Source: Octopus sinensis (Eukaryota). Taken from it: a stretch of DNA of 18,717 nucleotides. The DNA lies in contig NW_021824539.1 in NCBI RefSeq assembly GCF_006345805.1, forward strand, positions 1 through 18,717. The letters run 5' to 3'. A program made the translations under genes and the position numbers. The notes under the pieces were generated by a model that saw only the letters and a list, made by a program, of their open reading frames with translations, was not told where the DNA came from and searched no databases. The stretch's first letter is position 1. Every line of letters starts with the position of its first letter. Of the stretch, positions 1 through 8,707 are shown in pieces.

Positions 1-2
1 AC

Positions 3-648
3 AACTACGGACCCAAGGAAAAAGTTAATGAAAACACGATTCCGTTCATTAATTCACACAGCCCTTGAATAACGAACATCTTTCACGCCATAAAATCGAA
101 CTTACCTATACTCGTACAAAGCCCCAAAATGAAAACTCTTATTGAAAAAAACACCTTACGGAATAGCAGGCACCAACCGAAAAATCTTTAAAAAAAACAG
201 CTCTCAAGAACAGAATTCAAATCAAAGAATGAATCAGAATTCTAAGTAAAAGAATATGGAGATTGGAGTGGTGGAACATGCAACAATATCAACAATTTGA
301 AATACTTGGAAAGTGGTTCCCACAAAAAATTCAAGAGGGGATCCCATTTCAAAATAAATGCAGATATGAACTGCAAAATGCAAGACCTCATATACTGCAT
401 TACCTGCCCAAACTGCAAAGAAAATTACATTGGCGAAACAAATAATTCCCGCTGCCAACGTGCAATGATCCACAGGCAGCATATCTGACAAGAAGAATTA
501 CGCAAGATTCCATTAATTATGCATCTGGAAATGTGCAGCAACGGAAAATTTCAAAATTTTTCTCTTTTACAAATGTGCACGGGACGATCCGCAATACCGA
601 AAAGCAATGGAACTACATTTCATCAAAAAATTCTCTTCAAAATTAAAT
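3..648 (+). mobile_element. Decayed Penelope-like retroelement ORF 3' end (RT-EN linker plus GIY-YIG endonuclease), probably Neptune-type
   Basis: Frame 3 from nt 3 reads IPFINSHSP*...SRHQPKNL*KKQLSRTEF...VKEYGDWSGGTCNNI...DMNCKMQDLIYCITCPNCKENYIGETNNSRCQRAMIHRQHI*...HLEMC, then a +1 frameshift near 552 gives KIFLFYKCARDDPQYRKAMELHFIKKFSSKLN. LIYxxxCxxCxxxYIGET, R..H and E..FI...LN are PLE GIY-YIG hallmarks. Stops at 66, 189, 243 and 486 plus the frameshift make it a pseudogene. Confidence 0.9.
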
Positions 649-769
649 GTTTGGAAGAAAAGCGGAGACAGTACATTTTGTATTATACTAATGCTCTCTA
701 ACGCAAATTCATGGAATTGAGAGAGGCGTAATCGAAGTTACACTGTATATACATGGATATGTTCCCAAC

Positions 770-816
770 CACACACACACATACACACAGAAACATGCAC
801 GCACACACACACACAC
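770..816. repeat. Imperfect (CA)n microsatellite
   Basis: Direct reading. Confidence 0.9.
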
Positions 817-1037
817 TTCATCAAGGGATTCTCCCTAAAATTGAATGTTTGAAGGTAACGTGAAGAATTTGAATTCTTTATTCCAAATGTGACTCATCTC
901 TACAAATGTTCAGATATATATATGTGTAGCATTGGGATGTTCTAGCTTTACATACATATATGTATGTTTGTGTATATGTGTATATATATATATGTGTGTG
1001 TGTATATATATACATATATATGAATATATATCTATAT

Positions 1038-1040
<3 letters not shown>

Positions 1041-1128
<88 letters not shown>
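1041..1128. repeat. (GATA)22 microsatellite within a (TA)/(TG) compound tract spanning about 913-1172
   Basis: Direct reading: 88 nt of perfect GATA. Confidence 0.97.
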
Positions 1129-1585
1129 TAGATATATGTATATACATGTGTGTATGTATGTGTATACATATATATTCGTTTTACTTTATTTACTGATTGA
1201 TTTTTCAAATGGTTAATATGCAAATATTATACTAATGTATTTTCATACAGAACTAAACTTTATAAAAAAATTCCCTTCAAAAATGAATGTTTGGAAATAT
1301 AACCCAAAGGGGAGAAAAGGAAAGGAAGGAGATAACAGGAATGAAAAAGGAAGAGAAAAAAAGAAAAGGGGAAAGAAAGAAGGGTGAAGAGAGAAAGAAA
1401 ATAAAATGACTTTCAGTGATGACCAAACCACGCCTTTATTTTTTTAAGACGTCACCATCCTTAAACCCATTTCAATACAATGGTAAAGGACTACATAAAT
1501 AAATAAATGAATAGTGAATAGGGAGGTGGATACTCCTTCTCTCTCTCTCTCATTCCCTCTACGTATCTGTCTATCTGTCTGTATG

Positions 1586-1586
<1 letters not shown>

Positions 1587-1670
<84 letters not shown>
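1587..1670. repeat. (CTAT)21 microsatellite with CTGT-variant flanks
   Basis: Direct reading: 84 nt of perfect CTAT. Confidence 0.97.
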
Positions 1671-1672
<2 letters not shown>

Positions 1673-1974
1673 GTCTGTCTGTCTATCTATCAGCCTATCT
1701 ACCTACCTATATTTCTATCTATCCATCTCCATTGTCATAGAACCTCACCAGAAAAAAAAAAGAAAAACAATAATAACATTCTCTTCTAAACAAACCCCAC
1801 CAAAAAAACATGTTTTATATAAATGAACAAGCTGTTTCTACATTCACATAATTTTATTTGACAAGTTCTAGAAAGGAACCAAAGCGCTAATAATAATGAA
1901 GAAATATAAGGACTTTTTTCCAAAATTCTGACGACTTTTTTTCTCAATATATAAAGTTAATCCAAACATGAAAA

Positions 1975-2158
1975 CACAAAGAGAAAACACAACAACGCGA
2001 TGACGTGGAACAAATATAGTATTATTGGACGCTCAGGAAGGAAGGGAAGAAGGAAGGTTTAACGTTTCGAGCGGAGCTCTTCGTCAGAAACACAGGAAAA
2101 GGAAAGATCCAGAGAGGGAAGACGGAGGGAAAAAATCGCCAACGGTACACACGCGGTC
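1975..2158 (-). mobile_element. Probable PLE-derived pseudo-LTR or non-autonomous fragment hosting a hammerhead motif
   Basis: Contains the hammerhead at 2057-2091. Minimal hammerheads of this form are known from PLE pseudo-LTRs. Boundaries are approximate and the family assignment is inference. Confidence 0.45.
2057..2091 (-). ncRNA. Minimal type I hammerhead ribozyme motif (PLE-type, palindromic stem III)
   Basis: Minus strand reads GUUU-CUGACGA-A-GAGC(UCC)GCUC-GAAA-C-GUU-AAAC: stem I GUUU/AAAC, intact CUGANGA and GAAA core, 4-bp stem II, self-complementary ACGU as stem III, GUU cleavage triplet. Confidence 0.75.
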
Positions 2159-2254
2159 ATATATATATATATATGTATATAATGTACTGATCCATGATAG
2201 AAAATTCAACAAAAAAGTACATCTGGTGAGAGATAAACACACACATACACACAA

Positions 2255-2320
<66 letters not shown>
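2159..2320. repeat. (TA)n and (CA)n microsatellites (2159-2180, about 2236-2320)
   Basis: Direct reading. Confidence 0.85.
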
Positions 2321-3372
2321 GCATGCTATTACGTATTATTTGATTCTAATCATGCTAATTGTACGTTATGCAGTCACTGTCTCGCAAGTTTTCGATAACT
2401 TTTCATGTTTATCGTAATGCCATTTATTCCTCTACTTTTGATTTTCCAGATGTATTAGGACAGTGATGTTCAGTTTATTCTGTCTTCAGATCTAAAGCAA
2501 TTATGTAGCGTGCACACGTTTTTGAAAGTGCTTTCTGTTAGTTCTATGTATGATATCCCAAAATTTTCTACTGTTAATACTTCAGTTTTTTATATGCAAG
2601 GATCATTCATAGGAATTTTCCATGGAGCGAACGTGTCAATGCATTTAGACTATTAGGGAGACGAATTATTCCTAAGGTTTGAGATGTCGTGAAAGATTTG
2701 AGAGACTTTGGCGCCTAAACAGCTGAGTTCACCTTTATGCTGTTTTTCTCGAAGATCTGTGATATTAGTGTCTTATCGGGAAATTTTTATTAATCAACGA
2801 CCGGAGCTCTTCGCTACATTTGTAGCTACATCGATAATGTGTGAAGGAGTGTACGCAATGATTTTGTTCCTTCCTACGTTGTCCTTTCTCTCTGAAGGTC
2901 GTTTTATCCACAAGTAAACACGTGTCAAATGTGCAATATGTAGTACAATGTACTGTAGTAGAAATTTTCTGATAATCAGACCTTGCGATGCGGTTTCGAT
3001 TCCCAACTGAGTCATTTTTATTAGTTTTGCTTCTCATAACGTTCTGATTTTCACTGTTGGCTCTAATTATTTCAAATGTTTTTTGTTTTTTTTCAGATTT
3101 ACGAGAATCAGGCGTAAGCCAAACTGAAGGCCCTCGCTTCAGGGAACTTTTTTTTTTCTGATTTTAAACACATGTTACTTGCAAAATCCTGTTCACACTC
3201 GTTGGAAAGTAGTACAAATGATGCAGTTGGGCAATCCAGTGCTCAGTGGGATGCGAAATGCTCGATTGTTGAGAAAAGTTTAGTGTAGAAACAATTTACC
3301 AGAATTAAATCGAAGACGAAATATTCATCTCTTGTACGGTAGATCGCTTTCAAAATCTTTCCCTCCCCTCGT

Positions 3373-3852
3373 TTATGACTTGTATTTAATAATGACCTAT
3401 CATATTTAATTATGACTTGTATTTAATTATGACCTATCATATTTAATTATGACTTGTATTTAATTATGACCTATCATATTTAATTATGACTTGTATTTAA
3501 TTATGACCTGCTGTATTTAACTGTGACTTATCGCATTTAATTATAACTTGCCGTATATAATTATGGCTTGCTTTATCTAATTATGACTTGTATATAATTA
3601 TGACCTATCATATTAATTATAACTTGCATATTTTTTTTTCTCTTATTACTTGTTTCAGTCATTTTGACTGCGGCCATGCTGGAGCACCGCCTTTAATCGA
3701 GCAACTCGACCCCGGGACTTATTCTTTGTAAGCCCAGTACTTATTTTATCGGTCTCCTTTAGCCGAACCGCTAAATTATAACTTGTATATAATTAGGATA
3801 TCTTGTGTTTAATTATGGCTTGTCATTTTTAATTACGACTACTATATAATTT
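3373..3852. repeat. AT-rich minisatellite, 37-bp composite unit (AATTATGACTTGTATTT + AATTATGACCTATCATATTT), interrupted by a SINE
   Basis: About three near-perfect 37-bp units at 3373-3505, then degenerate 17-20-bp subunits to 3630, resuming at 3774-3852 after the SINE. Confidence 0.9.
3631..3773 (-). mobile_element. 5'-truncated SINE (3' part of the family at 11196-11605) with A-rich tail
   Basis: Reverse complement matches 11453-11580 (TTAGCGGTTCGGC...GGCGGTGCTCCAGCATGGCCGCAGTCAAA.TGACTGAAACAAGTAA). T-run at 3631-3639 is the tail. Flanked by AATTATAACTTG(C/T)ATAT. Confidence 0.9.
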
Positions 3853-3861
3853 TGGCACTTA

Positions 3862-3914
3862 ACATTCTGAGTTCAAATGCAGTTGAGGTCGACTTTGCTT
3901 TTCATCCTTCAGGG
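3862..3914 (+). mobile_element. Short fragment of the tRNA-derived SINE family that forms the 14.5-15.4 kb array
   Basis: TTCTGAGTTCAAAT...GAGGTCGACTTTGCTTTTCATCCTTCAGGG aligns by eye with 14580-14628. Confidence 0.75.
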
Positions 3915-4518
3915 ACATATTAAATCAAATTGCTCTCAAATATTGAGGTTACTATAAGCGATTGCCCCCACCTCACCTCTGTAAAATATGACATTGTGTC
4001 AAGGTTAAGAATCCTTATTTTTCTAATGAGTGCAAGTGTATTATCATTGTGTATGTGTGTGTGGGGGGGGGGCACTCAACATTTATTTTTCAGAATTCTT
4101 GAGTTCCTTAAACTCACTTCCAATACACATGCGCATTCACAAACACATACTGTGTATATGTGCCCATTGAAGGCTGTGTGTGCATTAACTTTCGTAGCTA
4201 AGACAGACAAGAGATCACACAAACACGAGCACACACGTAAATATATACAGGCGCTGACATGTATGTGTGTGAGGGAGACAGAAAGAGAGAAAGAGGGAGA
4301 GAGACAGAGACAGAGAGACAGAGGCAGACTATGTGTATACGTCTGTTTTTCTGTGCTTGTCTCTTTCTGAGTGAAAAACGAAGGGATGTGTGTATGCATG
4401 GGATTTGCAGAGGTGTGTGTATGAGTGAAGAGGAAAATATATGTGTGTGTACTTTTATATGAAGAAGAAGTGTATATGCGTATGTGTGCTTGTGTATGAC
4501 TGTTTGTGTGTATGTGTA

Positions 4519-4551
<33 letters not shown>

Positions 4552-4552
<1 letters not shown>

Positions 4553-5646
4553 CATATGTAGATCTCCTCGGTTGTATTTCTTTATCTAATCGCTAATGTC
4601 AGCTACCAGTGTCAAAGCAAAGTCTCTTCAACCTGGTTCTCGTCTCATCTGCCGATCACCATGACACAATCATGCTTACCTATTTGTTAGTAGACAGACA
4701 GTCCATTCTGGCATAGTATGGACACTGCAGTCATGCTGTAATCCTAGCCACGCCCTGAAACGCCCGGCTTGGTAACACAGGAAGCTACTGCGCAACTTTG
4801 CCGCCTTTCATCTTAGCTGACGTCGACAGAAATTTACTGAGATTAAATTATTCATAAACTTTGTTATTATCGTCTGTGCCTTCTTGTAACAGAAACGTAT
4901 ATATAGGTAAATAGATATAGATAGATAAAGAGAGAGAGAGAGAGAGAGAGGAATACATGTATATATATTTACAAATATTAATTATGTATATATATATATA
5001 TATATATATATCACAACATATGCATATATATATATATATATATGCATACATACATACATATATATGTGTGTGTGTATACGTGAGTATATATATATATACT
5101 TACATATATGTGCGTATGTACATACAGATATCGGGAGTAAATTGAGTCTATGTTTATACATACGTACGTCTTCTACTTACATACACAAGCACATACACAC
5201 AAACATGATACATATATACATAATATATATATATATATATGTTGTGTGTGTGTGTGGTGTGTGTGTGTGTGTTGCATATGTAGATCTCCTCGGTTGTATT
5301 TCTTTATCTAATCGCTAATGTCAGCTACCAGTGTCAAAGCAAAGTCTCGTTCACCTGGTTCTCGTCTCATCTGCGATCACCATGACACATCATGCTTACC
5401 TATTTGTTTGTAACAGACAGTCCATTCTGGCATAGTAATGGACACTGCAGTCATGCTGTAATCCTAGCCACGCCCTGAAACGCCCGGCTTGGTAACACAG
5501 GAAGCTACTGCGCAACTTTGCCGCCTTTCATCTTAGCTGACGTCGACAGAAATTTACTGAGATTAAATTATTCATAAACTTTGTTATTATCGTCTGTGCC
5601 TTCTTGTAACAGAAACGTATATATAGGTAAATAGATATAGATAGAT

Positions 5647-5679
<33 letters not shown>

Positions 5680-5708
5680 TACATGTATATATATTTACAA
5701 ATATTAAT

Positions 5709-5744
<36 letters not shown>

Positions 5745-5990
5745 AACATATGCATATATATATATATATATGCATACATACATACATATATATGTGTGTG
5801 TGTATACGTGAGTATATATACATATACTTACATATATGTGCGTATGTACATACAGATATCGGGAGTAAATTGAGTCTATGTTTATACATACGTACGTCTT
5901 CTACTTACATACACAAGCACATACACACAAACATGATACATATATACATAAATATATATTATATATATATGTGGTGTGTGTGTGTGTTGT
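4552..5990. repeat. Direct tandem duplication, unit about 720-722 bp (4552-5273, 5274-about 5990), bounded by (TG)n tracts
   Basis: GCATATGTAGATCTCCTCGG at 4552 and 5274; CCGCCTTTCATC at 4801 and 5521. Each copy carries the same unique segment and (GA)n/(TA)n tracts. Confidence 0.95.
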
Positions 5991-6076
5991 GTTGTATTAT
6001 ATGTAAGTATATATTTGTCTATGTAACCATTTATCTATTTATCTGTTTTATCTATTAATATCTCACTATACATACA

Positions 6077-6124
<48 letters not shown>

Positions 6125-6165
6125 GCACCATACACATACATATATATACATATATAGTTCAAATT

Positions 6166-6287
6166 TACAGAAAACAAAGACGAAGACAGGTGAAGAACAA
6201 CAAGCAGGTGTATTAATTTTACGCTCGGAAAGAATGGAAATGTCTTTGACGTTTCGAGCCTACGCTCTTCGACAGAAAAGATTAAGG
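6166..6287 (-). mobile_element. Probable PLE-derived short repeat fragment hosting the second hammerhead motif
   Basis: Contains the motif at 6244-6279 and is embedded between microsatellites. Family identity is from recall and inference. Confidence 0.45.
6244..6279 (-). ncRNA. Minimal hammerhead-like motif, core variant CUGUCGA (A6U)
   Basis: Minus strand reads UUUU-CUGUCGA-A-GAGC(GUAG)GCUC-GAAA-C-GUC-AAAG. Same architecture and same GAGC/GCUC stem II as 2057-2091, with a GUC triplet, but the conserved A6 is U. Confidence 0.55.
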
Positions 6288-6467
6288 TGGGGGGGGGGGG
6301 AAAAGAAGAAAGAGAATGAAAAAAAAACGCGATACATACATACATACATACATACATACGTACATACATACATGCATGCATACTATATATATATATTTAT
6401 ATATATATAATATGCACACACACAACCACACACACACACACACACACACAACACATATATATAATAT

Positions 6468-6513
<46 letters not shown>

Positions 6514-6844
6514 GGATATTAAGCTGTGGATATTTATATTTAACACGTTCGTGTACAGTCAACGCATACAGACCTTCTTCAGTGGAGTAAGTGAGTTGGA
6601 AGAGAAATTCTCCTTATAGATATTATGTGTAAAATCACATCAAACTAAGCTATGAGTTACGTCATCGGACAATAGGACACTTGCTTCTGTATCGTTGTGC
6701 TTCATCAGTGACATACCCCAAAACCGACATTCATAGTACATTTAAACCCATCTTTCCTTTATGTAGACAGCAAATGAAGAAATAACTTATGTTAACAAAG
6801 CTTTGTGAAGCTGGAATTTATTAATTAAGTCTCACTAAGTATCT

Positions 6845-6960
6845 CCGAGGTCGATTTTACTTCCAACGTTTATTAGAACTAAGGACCTGTGGAGCTCTGG
6901 GGTTGATTAAATAATCCCCACCCGCTCAAGATTGCTAGTCATGCGCAAAATTTAGAAAGG
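6845..6960 (+). mobile_element. Highly degenerate 3' half of the array-family SINE
   Basis: CCGAGGTCGATTTT...GGACCTGTGGAGCTCTGGGGTTGAT resembles CCGAGGTCGACTTT...GTACCAGT...CTGGGGTCGAT. Confidence 0.5.
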
Positions 6961-6975
6961 ATTAATTAAGGCTTT

Positions 6976-7291
6976 TACGATGATGCGCTGAAAAAGAAGG
7001 AGTGATGCTAAAGCTGTGAAATCTTGCATTAATTTCAGTTTTTCTTATTAATAACTGCATTGTTTCATTTTAGGTAAAGTGATATCTCACTGTCCCAAGA
7101 GGGCTTCAGAAGTAACTGGTAGCGACTTCTCTTTAAAGTGAACGGCATTTGCCATTGTGGTGTTATCAAGTATCTGCAGACAAATAGTTCGGCCGCCAAG
7201 GATATTTATGCAGACATGATTGCTATATTCGGGGATGTACACTCCAGCTTTATCAACAGTGCAGAAGTGGGTAACTGAATTTAGGAGGGGA
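6976..7291 (+). mobile_element. Mariner DNA transposon 5' relic (N-terminal HTH of the transposase)
   Basis: 7138-7291 translates VNGICHCGVIKYLQTNSSAAKDIYADMIAIFGD, +1 frameshift near 7240, then TPALSTVQKWVTEFRRG. This matches the mariner motif R.VIK.L..G...K.I...M....GD..P..STV.KW...F.RG. A possible decayed TIR, TACGATGATGCGCTGAAAA, starts at 6976. Confidence 0.85.
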
Positions 7292-7451
7292 ACTTTTATA
7301 TTTCCATCAGAACACTGCAAAACATCTGTAAAATTCTCAACGTCGCAAAATCTACAACGACTCAAATACGTAACCTATCGTAATTCTGGTTTTTAGTAAT
7401 TCTTTCTACTATAGGCACGAGGCCTGGAATTTTGTAGGGAAGGGCAATTCC

Positions 7452-7616
7452 ATACAATCGATCCTCAGGTTCAACTGGTATTTATTTTAGCGACCACGAA
7501 ATTACAATCGGCAAAGTCGATCTTAACGGAATTCGAACTCGGAACGTAATTAGCCGGAAGAAATGTTAATAAGCATTTTGTCTGATGCGCTGACAATTCT
7601 CCCACCTTGTCGCTTT
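7452..7616 (-). mobile_element. Degenerate array-family SINE
   Basis: GGCAAAGTCGATCTTAACGGAATTCGAACTCGGAACGTAA is the reverse complement of the B-box and core region of 14575-14612. Confidence 0.7.
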
Positions 7617-7644
7617 CTTGCGTTTATTAAGAATGGCTTTAAAT

Positions 7645-7842
7645 TGCTAGCACAAGGCCAGAAATTTTGGGAGAAGGAGGTAAGTCGAATACATCAACCC
7701 CAGTGATCAATTGGTACTTGTTTTATCGTTCTCGAAAGGATAAAAGGCTTAGTCCATCTCGGTGGAATTTGAACACAAAGCACAAGGCCTCAAAACATTT
7801 TGCCCGGCGAGCTAACAATTCTGCCAGCTCAACGCCGCCTTA
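7645..7842 (-). mobile_element. Degenerate array-family SINE, near full length
   Basis: GCCCGGCGAGCTAACAATTCTGCCAGCTC...CCGCC is the reverse complement of the SINE head. ATCAACCCCAGTG...TGGTACTT is the reverse complement of the core. Confidence 0.75.
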
Positions 7843-7952
7843 CGTTTGTTAATAATTTCATGGAAAGCAAGAGGTCATTGTCGAAACGTCTACTCTATCA
7901 GTCAGTGCCATATTAGGACATGGACACACGGGACAGTTACTCGAAGATATTG

Positions 7953-8638
7953 TGGTTTTAAGGATCCAATTCTGATCTATTTATGCTGTTGTTTACTGTC
8001 AATAAGAAAATGCTATTATAGGGCCCGAAGCATTGATTTGGGCCCTATAATAGCATTTACTTTTTGCACAATTCTGATCTATGTGTGCTACGGCTTGATG
8101 TCAATAAGTAACATACTATAGAACCTAGTGCATCGATTGGCCCGGGGGCCTATAATGCTGCTAAGATGGCCCTTCCTCTGGAAGCCATCTACTCGCAATA
8201 CCAGAGGGCGCACACTCTCCTACCCTGATGTAATCTCCAGGGATACAGGCATCCAGCAACAGGACCTCCGTAATGCTATGATGGACCGTGAAGTCTGGTT
8301 TTAAGGATCCAATTCTGATCTATTTACGCTGTTGTTTACTGTCAATAAGTAAATGCTATTATAGGGCCCGAAGCTTTGATTTGGGCCCCATAATAGCATT
8401 TACTTATTGCACAGTTCTGATCTATGTGTGCTACGGCTTGATGTCAATAAGTAACATACTATAGAACCTAGTGCATCGATTGGCCCGGGGGCCTATAATG
8501 CTGCTAAGGTGGCCCTTCCTCTGGAAGCCATCTACTCGCAATACCAGAGGGCGCACACTCTCCTACCCTGATGTAATCTCCAGGGATACAGGCATCCAGC
8601 AACAGGACCTCCGTAATGCCATGATGGACCGTGAAGTC
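7953..8638. repeat. 343-bp direct tandem duplication (7953-8295, 8296-8638)
   Basis: TGGTTTTAAGGATCC at 7953 and 8296; AAATGCTATT at 8008 and 8351; CTGGAAGCC at 8178 and 8521. TGG is shared at the junctions. Confidence 0.97.
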
Positions 8639-8707
8639 TGGCGTAGCATGGTAAATTCCATTGTCTCGACCACGGTCGAACAATGATGATGAATGAAGGT
8701 GGCCCTG
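8480..8707. mobile_element. Probable DNA-transposon or MITE right terminus (...GGCCTATAATGCTGCTAAGGTGGCCCTG) split by the RTE insertion
   Basis: Terminus reads 5'-CAGGGCCACCTT on the minus strand. Internal ATTATAGG(G)CCC motifs recur in the upstream hairpin. The left end was not found, and the MITE identity is inference. Confidence 0.4.
8517..8695 (+). mobile_element. 5'-truncated RTE-clade LINE 3' end with (TGA)n-type tail and 11-bp TSD
   Basis: Translates LWKPSTRNTRGRTLSYPDVISRDTGIQQQDLRNAMMDREVWRSMVNSIVSTTVEQ*, resembling the RTE C-terminus (LW.P..G.R.RGR....Y.D....DTG.....L..AM.DR..WR). Tail TGATGATGAATG. AAGGTGGCCCT at 8506-8516 and 8696-8706. A partial duplicate lies at 8174-8295. Confidence 0.85.

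Noticed and set aside
3373-3630. 37-bp periodic repeat resembling a CRISPR array
   Set aside because: Units are contiguous with no unique spacers, there are no cas genes, and the context is eukaryotic.
6659-6714. Minus-strand CTGATGAAG with a possible stem I (ATGTCA/TGACGT), and CTGAAGAAG near 6565-6573
   Set aside because: No GAAA core, convincing stem II or adjacent NUH triplet; at most very old relics.
7087-7365. 92-aa minus-strand ORF (MSRCRFCDV...)
   Set aside because: It is the antisense shadow of the plus-strand mariner relic.
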